A stretch of 63,978 nucleotides of DNA, filler included, from Octopus bimaculoides (lineage: Eukaryota), in the NCBI RefSeq assembly GCF_001194135.2. It is 6 parts of 6 records of this genome, joined end to end, with 100 filler letters (N's around TTAATTAATTAA, not from the genome) between each part and the next. Parts side by side here need not be neighbours in the genome. Positions count along the whole stretch, not along the records: positions 1 to 19,067 come from NC_068988.1; 5 more parts are not named here. One strand, written 5' to 3'. How positions within the stretch are numbered: position 1 is the first letter of the stretch; the number at the start of each line of letters is the position of its first letter. Positions 1-12,868 of this stretch are shown piece by piece. A program made the translations under genes and the position numbers. Under the pieces are notes generated by a model. It saw nothing but the letters and a program-made list of their open reading frames with translations, searched no databases and was not told the DNA's origin.

Positions 1-41
1 TCTCACTCTGTCTCACACACATACACACGCACACACACACA

Positions 42-535
42 CCTTGACTCACTCATACTCTGTCTCTTACAAACACACACATACATAAATGTATACAAAC
101 ATATTTACAAAGACACACGTGTGTATGCGCGCGCGTGCGTGTTTGTAAGAGACAGAGAGTGAGTGAGTCAAGGGCTGTGTTGTCATATGCATACATCCAA
201 AGATGTATGTATATTTATGCATGTACGTATACATGACAACAAACCTTTCTCTCTCACTCACACTCTGTCCCTTACAAACACACACATACAGAAATGTATA
301 CAAACATATTCACAAAGACACATGTGTGTATGCGCGCGCGTGCGTGTCTGTAAGATACATAGTGTGAGTGAGTCAAGGGCTGTGTTGTCATATGCATACA
401 TCCAAAGATGTATGTATATTTATGCATGTACGTATACATGACAACAAACCTCTCTCTCTCACTCACACTCTGTCTCTTACAAACACACACATACATAAAT
501 GTATGCAAACATATTTACAAAGACACACGTGTGTA
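42..535. repeat. About 2.5 copies of a 205-bp tandem repeat with internal inverted repeats
   Basis: Near-identical blocks are offset by 205 nt (ORFs 67-303 and 272-508 are near-duplicates). 42-74 is inverted against 141-173. Confidence 0.85.
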
Positions 536-637
536 TACTTGCGCGCGCGCACGCGCGTACGTGGTGGGCGCTCCACAACCGCCATTTATTTCAATTACTC
601 TTCTGAGGATATTCACGTATATCATTTTTTTCATTTA

Positions 638-860
638 ATCATCATCATCATCATCGTTTAACGTCCGCTTTCCATGCTAGCATGGGTTGGACGATTTGAC
701 TGAGGACTGGTGAAACCGGATGGCAACACCAGGCTCTAATCTAATTTGGCAGAGTTTCTACAGCTGGATGCCCTTCCTAACGCCAACCATTCAGAGAGTG
801 TAGTGGGTGCTTTTGCGTGTCACCCGCACGAAGGCCAGTCAGGCGGTACTGGCAACGATC
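638..860 (-). mobile_element. RTE-tail type SINE or RTE LINE 3' end with (GAT)n tail (family D)
   Basis: CATCATCGTTTAACGTCCGCTTTCCATGCTAGCATGGGTTGGACG...CTGGATGCCCTTCCTAACGCCAACCA. The same element recurs at 49534, 47397, 39275, 36410, 43905, 35150 and, in the opposite orientation, 38955-39196. Confidence 0.8.
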
Positions 861-1045
861 CCCATTTTAATTTTCGTAAAAGTTTCCAAGTACCAATGAG
901 GCTTTTTGGCACATCTTCAATTTTGCCCATTCATGAGAGGCGCCCAGCCATCATTCATCTGACAGTCCATCTACAGAATGTCCTCAAATTTCTATACAGC
1001 ATATTTTGCCATTTTTTCTTCAAGTATATAAGCAACAATTTCATT

Positions 1046-1073
1046 CCCGAGCAACGCCGGGTGCCTCTGCTAG
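1046..1073 (+). mobile_element. Helitron-type 3' terminus (GC hairpin + CTAG|T)
   Basis: CCCGAGCAACGCCGGG (CCCG/CGGG hairpin) followed by TGCCTCTG-CTAG and T, the canonical Helitron 3' end arrangement. Confidence 0.65.
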
Positions 1074-1438
1074 TATATATATATATATATATATATATAC
1101 TAGCAGAGGCACCCGGCGTTGNNNNNNNNNNNNNNNNNNNNNNNNNNNNNNNNNNNNNNNNATCATCATCATCATCATCATCATCATCAGTAAATTAGAA
1201 ATCCGAATGAGGAGCACACTTTAAGTAATAGAGCAGTTATAGAGAAAGACAGTTATGGCTGATTCATAGGGTTACCCACGGGCCGCGTCCATTAAGTTCT
1301 TAGCTTTACATACGCCTCTTCACACCCTAAAGGTCAATGTCCGATAAACTATCACTCTCCTCTTTCTCTCCTTCTCTCTCTCTGTATATATATGTGTGTG
1401 TGCGTAGTGTGTGTTTGTATGTGTGCACGTGCGTGTGT

Positions 1439-1487
<49 letters not shown>

Positions 1488-2821
1488 GTGTGTGTTTGTG
1501 TGTATTTATGTATATATTTGTATTTTCTTTTTAACTTTACACCATTTCAGCTGAGGAGTTTCATTTTAGATCGCACTCTGAGAATGTTTGGTCTCATTCC
1601 AAGACATCTAAGCAATTTGAATATGAAAATCAAAAAACAAAAACTGTTAAAATTGGTTTTCGTTTACGTTCCTCTATGCAAGTGGAGATCATCGAAATGA
1701 TATTTATGATCTAAATTCAATGATAAACAATATATATGATAACAAATGAGAACTTGATATGATTATAAATGAGATGTCAGCTATTTTTACCATTCATTCC
1801 TTTCCTACTATGAAATCTGCAGATGGCATGTGGATGATGTATAAGGAAAACTTATCTCCAGAAGATTACCCACCGAATATAGTCATAAAGATATTGATCT
1901 GAATATACCATAGTTGACGTGTGTAGTTACCTATGTACTTGCGTTCATGTCAGTGGTCGTGTGATAATGTGTTTGTTGTTGTGTGTGCACATATGAGTGT
2001 ATGTATGCGTGTGTGTGAGTGCGTGTGTGTGTTTGTGTGCGCTGAGCTTGTTGGCATTTGGTACTAGGTTGGGCAGACCTATGATCAAATATGTTCCATA
2101 TATGATTATCTCATATTTTTCCGAGTGTGGTTTATCCAAGGTGTAATTACACCAAACTATCTAGCGTTTCCTTAAATTTCAAGTCTTGAACGCTATGTTG
2201 AACAATTTGAGGGAGATTTGGTTGATTTATTTCTAGCCGATTGCGAGCACTCCTAGATTTTGTCGTTGGTGTTCGGGTGTATGTAAGGATGCGTGTGTGA
2301 GTGTGTCTGTTGTGTGTGTGTGTGTGTGTGTGTGTGTATCTATCTATCTATCTATCTATCTATCTNNNNNNNNNNNNNNNNNNNNNNNNNNNNNNNNNNN
2401 NNNNNNNNNNNNNNNNNNNNNNNNNNNNNNNNNNNNNNNNNNNNNNNNNNNNNNNNNNNNNNNNNNNNNNNNNNNNNNNNNNNNNNNNNNNNNNNNNNNN
2501 NNNNNNNNNNNNNNNNNNNNNNNNNNNNNNNNNNNNNNNNNNNNNNNNNNNNNNNNNNNNNNNNNNNNNNNNNNNNNNNNNNNNNNNNNNNNNNNNNNNN
2601 NNNNNNNNNNNNNNNNNNNNNNNNNNNNNNNNNNNNNNNNNNNNNNNNNNNNNNNNNNNNNNNNNNNNNNNNNNNNNNNNNNNNNNNNNNNNNNNNNNNN
2701 NNNNNNNNNNNNNNNNNNNNNNNNNNNNNNNNNNNNNNNNNNNNNNNNNNNNNNNNNNNNNNNNNNNNNNNNNNNNNNNNNNNNNNNNNNNNNNNNNNNN
2801 NNNNNNNNNNNNNNNNNNNNN

Positions 2822-2852
<31 letters not shown>

Positions 2853-3176
2853 ATAAATTATATTAAAGTGTATCTGAAAGATACCATCATTCTAGATATA
2901 GCAGTGAAAACTTGACTCTAAAACCACATCAAGTATTCATACAGCACCTGGAGAGAAGACAAAGTGACAAAATAAACTAGCCTCATCATTGGAATATACA
3001 CAAAATGGTATTATATATACCATGCGAATACTTACATATACGCACGTATACACACATATGTATGTATGCACACGACCATCTTAAAATTGCCTGTCTAAAC
3101 TCCATGTGCTATATAGCCAAAATACCACCGCAGTGAATATAATGACGAAATAAATATATAAATTTATATAAATATA

Positions 3177-3510
3177 GATAAGATTGTTATTTAAAATACT
3201 GATCATAATAAGTGGCTTGCATGGAAATAAAAACCTTATAAGTAATAATTATTATTAAAATTATAATGAATGGTATCTAAAAGTTACCATCATGCTAGAT
3301 ATAGCAGTCAAAACTTGACTATAAAAACCACATCAAGTATTCATTCAGCACCAGGAAAGAAGACAAAGAGGAAAAATAAACTAGCAAAAAAAAAAAAAAA
3401 AAAATATTGGTATTTTGACCGTGGAGTTTAGACGAGCAATTTTAAACTGGTCTTGTGCATATGTGCATACATATGTGTATATACGTGCCTATATGTAAGT
3501 ATTCGTATGT

Positions 3511-3550
<40 letters not shown>

Positions 3551-3876
3551 NNNNNNNNNNNNNNNNNNNNNNNNNNNNNNNNNNNNNNNNNNNNNNNNNN
3601 NNNNNATATTCCACTGATGAGGCAAAGCATTTCTAATGCAAAGCCAGAAATCCGGGATCTAGAATTTTGCTAGTTTATTTTGTCTCTTTGTCTTCTCTCC
3701 TGGTGCTGTATGAATACTTGATGTGGTTTTAGAGTCAAGTTTTGACTACTATATCTAGCATGATGGTATCTTTTAGATACCCTTCATTATAATTTTAGTA
3801 ATAATTATTACCTATGAGGATTTTATTCTCATGCTAGCCACTTGATATGATCGGTATTTTAAATAACAATCTTATC
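3177..3876. mobile_element. Foldback/MITE-like element with ~210-bp inverted arms
   Basis: 3177-3389 is the reverse complement of 3665-3876 (about 85-90% identical by eye). A third partial direct copy lies at ~2858-2981. Confidence 0.75.
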
Positions 3877-6668
3877 CTTATGTGAGCAGAGAAACACACA
3901 CACACTTCAATTCGCACAACGAAACAGAGTAACACACACGCATACATGCAAACACACACACAGGCATAAAAGCACAAGCACGAAGACAAAAACATCCAAA
4001 CACATGAATATGCAAAATACATACATAAAGACGTATGCACATACATATATACATACGCACACATGCATACATCCATACATACATGCATGCATGGATACAT
4101 ACATGCATGAATACATACATGCATACATACATGTGTATGTGCACACACACACTGCCCCACACACACATGCGCACAGACAAAGAAAAAGAACGCAGCTCGA
4201 ATATCGGACAGAGTCAAGGACTATTGAAGAGGCTGGAAGTNNNNNNNNNNNNNNNNNNNNNNNNNNNNNNNNNNNNNNNNNNNNNNNNNNNNNNNNNNNN
4301 NNNNNNNNNNNNNNNNNNNNNNNNNNNNNNNNNNNNNNNNNNNNNNNNNNNNNNNNNNNNNNNNNNNNNNNNNNNNNNNNNNNNNNNNNNNNNNNNNNNN
4401 NNNNNNNNNNNNNNNNNNNNNNNNNNNNNNNNNNNNNNNNNNNNNNNNNNNNNNNNNNNNNNNNNNNNNNNNNNNNNNNNNNNNNNNNNNNNNNNNNNNN
4501 NNNNNNNNNNNNNNNNNNNNNNNNNNNNNNNNNNNNNNNNNNNNNNNNNNNNNNNNNNNNNNNNNNNNNNNNNNNNNNNNNNNNNNNNNNNNNNNNNNNN
4601 NNNNNNNNNNNNNNNNNNNNNNNNNNNNNNNNNNNNNNNNNNNNNNNNNNNNNNNNNNNNNNNNNNNNNNNNNNNNNNNNNNNNNNNNNNNNNNNNNNNN
4701 NNNNNNNNNNNNNNNNNNNNNNNNNNNNNNNNNNNNNNNNNNNNNNNNNNNNNNNNNNNNNNNNNNNNNNNNNNNNNNNNNNNNNNNNNNNNNNNNNNNN
4801 NNNNNNNNNNNNNNNNNNNNNNNNNNNNNNNNNNNNNNNNNNNNNNNNNNNNNNNNNNNNNNNNNNNNNNNNNNNNNNNNNNNNNNNNNNNNNNNNNNNN
4901 NNNNNNNNNNNNNNNNNNNNNNNNNNATATATATAAGCATATACATATATATATGCATATGTATATATATATGTATATGTATATATATATATACATATAT
5001 ATATGTATATATGTATATGCATATGTATATATATACATATATATACATGTATGAATATGCATATATATACATATGCATATACATGTGTTTATGTATATAT
5101 TAACATGTTTACGCACACATATTTACAGAGGGAGAAAGAGAGAAAGGGTGACGGACAGACACATACATACATACATATATATACATACATACATACATAT
5201 ATATACATACATACATACATACACACATAAATACATACTTGCATACATACATATGTATATTGGAAGAGAAGAATTAATAATAATTTGTTTGTTGCCAAGC
5301 ATTTTTCCATCTCATATAAACAGGGATGTTGCATGTAAAGATGAAAAGTTAAGTAGATATTCTATGAAAGACAAACATTATACGAATATTAATAAATACG
5401 AAGATTAGATTCGAGAAAATGCTTCTTAATCCACTACTCTCGTAAATGTTTTCCAAAGGATCTCCCTACTATAACACTGGAGATCGAAAAACTAGTAAAT
5501 ATCCGACCGATGCCAGATATTAATTTGGATCCGATAGAAAATTTGTCAAATGTCTCTAATTCTACTTAGAACGTGTGTCAATGCTTTTACTAACATCGAT
5601 TTGGATTTAGTCAAACCAAGAGAGCATCAAAATGAAGTGGGAAAATAATGTAAAGTGTACTAATTTGACTGTGCACTTTTTCAAGCCAATAATTATTTGT
5701 TAGATTGGCCTTTAATACATTCCTTTTATTGTTTTGATGATTTTAGAATTGTCACTCAAATGCACAATATTGCACAAAAATGTGGAAACATTTTTAATAT
5801 ACAAGAAATGACTGCAATTTTCTGTTGGAGTTTGTATTCATTGTTCATTGTTCACGAATTTTAAGACATTTCCTGTACATTTTTTTGTCACATGTGACTT
5901 ATGCATCTGCCCTACACATTCTTGAGACATTGCTTTATAAAATCACCTGAATCGAATGAAAGTTGATTAATATGTACGTTGCAATCTTGTTACTTTTTGT
6001 CTGCGAGAAGGGTGTAGATTTCGAAGCAAAATTATTGAATTGTAAGGGATATAGAAATTTCAAACCAACAAAAGAAGCAAAGCCTTACTGTAAGTAAGTG
6101 ATACTTAAAAAATTCTAATTTTATTTGAGGTTACAATGTAATCGTTACGTTTATGTTCGCTACGGTAACAACGGAGGACGGGATATAACAAAGAAAAATT
6201 AAAAAAAAACTGACTTCTTGGATAGAGTACAGTAAAGAGCAGGAAAACAAATCGAAAACGAACAGGAAAACAAATCGAAGAGGAAAAGTACCAAGCGTCC
6301 AAGTTGGATGGGCGCCCACCTCTAGGGCGACTCACCGTTAGGAATCTTTTTTCATGTCATAAATGTATTTACAGTTAAAAAGTCAAATGGATCACGGATT
6401 ACTCGTAATAGAACTGTTTCACAACCTATTCGCCAGCACATTCTCAATCACTCCCACGCATCTTCTAGTAAATTGACTGGAGCGCTGAAACTTCGACTTG
6501 CTCCCACCTTCCTAAAATTGATGAACTTGATGAGACTTTATTAAGCGGTGAGAGTCTATGTATTCAGTCCTTTAGAATTTTTCTACTGTGCAACCGATTT
6601 CACCAAAACACCAAGTTGAGTTGGTTGTGGTGGTGTGTTGGCGGTTGTTAATTGTTTGAATTCTCAGC

Positions 6669-6881
6669 CCAGGATCTTCCAGATGTATATTACTGCATAC
6701 ATCTCCCGCATTTGCTCCAGGGAGTAGAGTCTTAGCTATTTCAGTATTTCCCAGTAGCTGAGCTGTTGTAATGAGACGATGTTCTTTGTGAAGCTTTGCT
6801 GGATTGCTTCAAGATCCACTGTTAATATTACAATGTTGCGTAGCCATAGCTAGGAGCAGTAATCCAGGCGGCTGAGGACCA
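6669..6881 (-). repeat. 213-bp inverted duplicate of the CR1 segment 7588-7800
   Basis: Base-by-base reading shows an exact reverse complement of 7588-7800. Confidence 0.92.
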
Positions 6882-7229
6882 GTAGTTGTGATTTCAACGA
6901 CATGTGTAAAGTATTTCTAGCAGATCAATCTACTGTAATGAGGCTATGTCAGTGGCTCCAATAATGTAGTTAGGCAAACACCAAATATTCCACGATCCTT
7001 ATGATAAAGTTAGCTGATGGTTGAATTCTGTCTACTCATGGCAACAATTATCTGACGTCAATACACAAACCAGCAATGCATAAAAATTGAATGAGCATGC
7101 ATAGAACTGTTTCGTTACTCGGTGCATCTCACAGAAGTCTACAGATAGCTGCATTTCTACAGACTTATGAGAACCGCCAGTAAACAACATTCACAGTTTC
7201 TATGCAAACCAGGTATCACTACTGACCTC

Positions 7230-8170
7230 CGTCTGAAAGTCATCCAGAAAACATCTCGCAGAAAATACAGAACCCCAGTGATGCTACACATCTGCAGCAG
7301 GAGTTACACTCAATTTACAGATGGGCTGAGGATAATAATATGCAGTTTAATGCTGAAAAATTCGAAGCCTTGGGCTACCAGCATCCAAAACTGAATATGA
7401 AACTTACAGGGTACACTGCTCCACTGGGGAATTACAATACCAGAGCCTAAATCAGTGAGGGACCTGGGTGTCGACATGAGTGATGATACCTCTTTCCAAG
7501 TGCACATTACCAGGATGGCAACAGAGTGCAGACGACTGGCTGGCTGGATCCTGAGAACGTTCAGAACCAGAGAAAATGAAAGCGTGATGGTCCTCAGCCG
7601 CCTGGATTACTGCTCCTAGCTATGGCTACGCAACATTGTAATATTAACAGTGGATCTTGAAGCAATCCAGCAAAGCTTCACAAAGAACATCGTCTCATTA
7701 CAACAGCTCAGCTACTGGGAAATACTGAAATAGCTAAGACTCTACTCCCTGGAGCAAATGCGGGAGATGTATGCAGTAATATACATCTGGAAGATCCTGG
7801 AAGGAATTGTGCAAAGTTTTGGAACTGAAAGCTACACGAATATCAGAACGAGTCGACACTGCACAGTGCCAAAGATCCCAGCAATGCCATTGCACTTCAG
7901 GACCAGTTACTGCAACAGCCATGGTTTCAGGGGCCCACAGCTTTTTAATATTCTTTCAGAGAGCCTGAGGAACCTACACAAAGTGGATGTAAGTGTTTTA
8001 AAATCAAAGCTGAACCTCTTACTGTCAAGAGTCCCAGATAAACCTACCTCACATCAAGAGGTGCAAATGAGGGTAGCGATATCAAACTCTGTTCTTCACC
8101 AAGTGGCACATATTAGAGGAGGCGCTCACTAATCACAAAACGGTGGTGCCCTTCCATGGCCACAGCTCTG
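7230..8170 (+). mobile_element. Decayed CR1-type LINE, RT C-terminal region and 3' end
   Basis: Translates with stops and frameshifts to ...LQQELHSIYRWAEDNNMQFNAEKFEAL...VRDLGVDMSDDTSFQVHI...GWILRTFRTRE...LSRLDYCS*LW...LRLYSLEQMREMYAVIYIWKILEGIV...GPQLFNILSESLRN, typical of CR1/L2-group ORF2. Confidence 0.9.
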
Positions 8171-8603
8171 AGCTGAAACTACGAATATATATATATATAT
8201 ATATATATTTACATATATATATGTATGTCTATGTATGTGTATGTGTGTACTTCATAGCTTGGTGCCTACCAAGAGTCACTGTGCCTTTCATTCTTCCGAT
8301 TCTGATAAAAGAAATACTAGTTGATGAAAAAAAATCATGCTCTCTTCGATATAGTAGATTGTACCCAAGAAATCACTGACCCAGCTTGGCGATATTCCAT
8401 TGACAAATATAAGTACATCGCACACACACAAACAAACACGCACACACACACATACACATACACACACTCACACACATACACACACATGCATATCTCATAT
8501 CTGAGTATGTATATGTATTTTTACTTAAATAAGTGCTTATATATATACATACATACATACATACATACATACGTACATACATACATACATACATACAAAC
8601 ATA

Positions 8604-8914
8604 CGTGCATGGCTCAGTGGTTAGAACATCGGGTTCACAATTATGCGGTAGTGAGTCTGATTCCTGAACTGGGCTGCGTGTTGTGTCTTTGTGCAGGCAC
8701 TTTATTTCACATTGCTCCACTTCACTCAGCTGTAGAAATGAGTTGCAACATCACTAGTACCAAGCTGTGTCGGTTTTTTCCTTTCCCTTGGATAAAATCT
8801 GTGGCGTGGAGAGGGCAGGTTGGCATGCATGGGTGGCTACTTGACTTCCATAGACAACATTGTCCCGACTTGTGCCTCTGAGAACTTTTTAAGTGCCATC
8901 CCGAGGTCATTCAT
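8604..8914 (+). mobile_element. tRNA-derived SINE (family C)
   Basis: GCATGGCTCAGTGGTTAGAAC (A box)...ACTTTATTTCACATTGCTCCACTTCACTCAGCTGTAGAAATGAGTTGC; homologous to 53818-54118. Confidence 0.8.
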
Positions 8915-8935
8915 NNNNNNNNNNCTTTATATATA

Positions 8936-8991
<56 letters not shown>

Positions 8992-9622
8992 GTGCTGTAA
9001 ACATTCTCCACCGCACATATTCAATGTATGTGTTTTGTTTGTTCTGGGGTGAGTCGTCTCGCCTGTATATAAGATTCAGATGTTTTAACACTCAGTTCAA
9101 TGAATGAGTTGTCCTTAAGGCTCTTCTCGGGCGAACCCGAGGAACAAACAAAACACATTCGTTGAGTATGTATGGCCGATAATACATATATACACACAGG
9201 TATATTAATGCAAGCAAGGAAAATAGAACTCAAAACATGAGTACCAACGAGAGAAAAAATGGAAAACAGGACAAGTAACATAAAGTACAACCCTCCATCA
9301 GTTGTCGGATGCCTATGTACTCCTCATTTCGAGCATTTAACGAGAATATGAGTCTTCGAAGACAGTTGCTCCCATAAATCCCAAGATAAAATTGGGAACA
9401 AAAACAGGACAGTGGAGACATCAAGAAAACCGAATGAAAACAAACATGGAGGGTCGTTAGACCAGAACGAGGGGAAAATGGTGAACGCTGGGTGAAATAT
9501 TTTCTTTGAAAAGAGAAAAGATAGAAGAGAGAGAGATAGAAGACGTCCAGTCCTTATAATGTCGTGCAAGAAAAGAAAGATGGTCACGTGAGGAAAAGAA
9601 AGATGGACGATGNNNNNNNNNN

Positions 9623-9653
<31 letters not shown>

Positions 9654-11706
9654 CATATATGCATATACATATTCATTTATCTTTATTTATATGTATAGGT
9701 AGGTGATGTGTGTACGAGTGCCTATGTGTATATATTTATCTATATGTGTGTTTATGATTATGCTTACGTTTACTGGTTTGAAAACTGTTGTAACAAAGCA
9801 TAGCGTAGCGCATCTATAAAATATTGATCAATATAGCAGACAACTATATGACAAGAGGGGATCGACTATATAAGTATGTGTGTGTGTGTGTGTGTGTATG
9901 TATGTGTGCGTGTGTGTGTGTGTGTGTGTGCTGTGTATGTCTGTTTGTGTGTTTATATAGTGCCATTTGTTTAAAGTATATTTTCAAACATTTGCACCCA
10001 TATCTCGAAATGCTAAAAAAACTCACCATCACTTCAAACCTCAGTTAAATAAATATCTTTATGTTCAGTAACAATATCACCCATTCGATTCTTCCCATCT
10101 CGTAACCCGCTCCACATCGGTGACTTTCCAAGCTTTCATTTGGTTTAAACTCCATATGAATGCAAGGAAAAATTCTACGCTAGCCACTCTGAAAGATAAA
10201 AAAGGATTCTGTTTTGGTTGTAATAAAGTATTGATGGCTTTTGTGTTATTCTTTAACCATCAGACACCAAGATTCGTTTTATTTTTTCTTTATGAAAGCG
10301 AAATCATAGAAACGGTAAGCAATTGAAAGTGTTTGGTCATTCGAGCTGAAGTAACTTACTGTAAAAAGAATTGATAAAATATTCATTTATAAAGCAGAAG
10401 ATTTTTAAGTTTGGCAACCATTTTCAACACAGCGTTTCGTCAAGCAAGAAGGTCTTCATGAAATATTTGTATAAAAGCTTCCTAAAGCAAAACTATTTAT
10501 CCACTTGATTTAAATAAAAGAATTGAATATAAGTAACTCAAAAATAAAACGAAAATAAGGAAAAAGAAATTATAGAGTAAGGAAATAATACAATACCAGT
10601 GAGAAGCTATACAAATGTTAAAGATTTGGCCTTCAGCAAAACAAATCACAGAGAACATTTTGAGTTGATTACAAGATTATATTTGAAACTGTTAAAACGA
10701 ACAGTTTATCATTTTGAATAGCTATGAAACAATTGATAGAAATAAAATTGGTTGTGAATTCTCATCACAAAATATAACGAGTGGGTTGCGCTCGAACAGA
10801 AATAAGCCACCATATATAGAATAGAAATTGTCAGTTATCTAGAAATATCAATCTTCAGAAAATATTACCAATAATTTACAACAAATTTTAGGTCGAAAAC
10901 AACGGTAACTTATCCTCAGTTGATAATTTTGTGACCAGGTTTCAATTCATGACGGAAGTTTCGCGGCCCATTCACAGAGACGTTACATCTTGGTCTACGT
11001 CCTAAAATTAGTCTATCTAAAAAGCTAAGGAAGAATTAGCTGCTATTTCTTTCAAATTGTGTGACAGAAGTGACTCCGTCGTTCCCTATTAATTGAAGAA
11101 AGTAATTTTCAAATGCTTAACTACCGTACTTCTAAATGGCAAAGACCTCTCATTATTCGTGCGTTCAATTGGAAATCTTTCAATCTCTTTATGAAAATAA
11201 TCATTGTTTTGGAAGCACACCACTCAATAACCTATAAGCAATGAGCAAAACAGCTTGTTGTTCAAAACAGAGGAAACCAATTCATGTGAGCATGGCGTTG
11301 GTGCTAGCTAGATATAACATACAAATACATTATAATGTACTGAATAATATAGTTGTCATTTTCTAGCTGAACAAACAATCAGTCTGATATTTACGAGTGA
11401 TTAGAGATGTTTTTCACTGTAGTAGTAAACCCATGTCAATCTAATGTATGATCAGGTTTCGAATCCACTAATGTTCATGTATGTCAATGTTTCTTTGTTA
11501 CCATGTACCTTGTCATATATATAAGCCCACACTTAATTGCGAGATATATACAAATTCATACACTTCTACATGACACATACACTTTTGTATGTAAACTTTT
11601 ATACTTGTACAATATAAACTCAAGCATATTTAGAAGATATACAAATGGCAAATACACTTATATACAATTATACAACTATGTACCACAAATACACTTACAC
11701 ACTACA

Positions 11707-12005
11707 TACGAATTGCAGTCCTGAAGTTTTGATACTTTTTCAGGAGAGGAATTTAGTAATTTCAAAGAAGTACAAATCTCTAATCTCCTTCAAAGTAAAA
11801 TCCTCTGACATGAATGCATTTGTAGCGCTCCAGTCATTTCTTGAAGGTTTCCATGAGATCCTCTAAAATGAAGGTTCCAGGACCCTTGTCACAGCCTCCA
11901 TATTTTCAATGCCTTCAAAACGATTGCCCCTAAGAATCTCCTTCAGTTTGTTGTATAACCAATTGTTACTAGGAGCAAGGCCTGTACTGTTGTCCATTTC
12001 TGTCA
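11707..12005 (-). mobile_element. Mariner transposon 3' relic (transposase C-terminus + TIR + TA)
   Basis: Minus strand reads GLAPSNNWLYNKLKEILRGNRFEGIE...ETFKK*LERYKCIHVRGFYFEGD*, compare mariner SPDLAPSDF.LF..LK..L.G.RF...W.KCI...G.YFE. It ends in ...GACTGCAATTCG|TA. Confidence 0.8.
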
Positions 12006-12868
12006 AGTAGTATGTTACTAGGATGGAATTATAATAAAGCGTCTTTAGTAGGGTGTGTCCAAAGTGTTGTCACAGGCGCTTCCGTCTATCTTCAATAAAA
12101 AGTTAGCAGGTTATTAGATGTATAATACTGATATACTAAAATTGCAATAATTTAGAATAGTTACTATTGCCTCTCTTTCAAAACGTCTCTTACATTTACA
12201 CAAACACATGACTTATACAAACATACAAAAGGGTGTGTTTAGGTACAGGTAAACGACAAATTAATATTTAGAAAAATAGTGCTTTCCCTAATGAAGCAAA
12301 TCTCTGACAAAATGTGTTTGCAGACAGTAATGACCTTCCCGTTTTTCCGGATATCGTGGAATAAATACATCGACCGATATATCATATCTGTCCTTATTTT
12401 TAAGACAATAATATGTTATTTCAAGGATATTTGGATGATATATCTAGCAGATCAGTCTACTGCTAGAGACAACGCCATTGGCTCCTAAAATGTAGTTAAG
12501 CAAATACCAAATATTCCAATGAATCTCATCAACGAATTTATATCCCTTAAGAACACCTCAATAATTAAATATTTCGAATAAGATCAGCTAAAAAAGAAAC
12601 AAAATCACACAATGAAATATTAGAAATATTAAGAATAATACTGGTTAAAGATAAATTATATCTAACACTTAATGTCGCAAAAATCCTATATCCAGGTATA
12701 ACACTGATTGATGACCCCTCCCACATAATAACAATAAAGCTTTGAATATATCACGAAGAGTATTGTAGGTTTGCTCGGAGTATTGCGGTACAGAAGTAAA
12801 ATAAGGAATTTTTACAATCATAGGTTGAGATTTGTTCTCAAAGTGTTTACATTTCTTGCATCTTTCAG

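Noticed and set aside
2293-5116. Long ORFs through N gaps (also 15494-16583, 17419-18526, 23210-23787, 24426-25154, 29259-30054, 46021-46603, 50849-51374, 56369-56828)
   Set aside because: They are open only because Ns are translated as X; the flanks are (TA)n/(CA)n microsatellites.
5972-6097. MYVAILLLFVCEKG... as the signal-peptide exon of the prokineticin-like gene
   Set aside because: The hydrophobic start and an upstream TATA-like element are suggestive, but the strong donors (G|GTGTAG, T|GTAAGT) are not phase 0 as required, and the only phase-0 GT is a weak site.
7758-8132. 124-aa ORF as a host gene
   Set aside because: It is the C-terminal part of a decayed CR1 ORF2.
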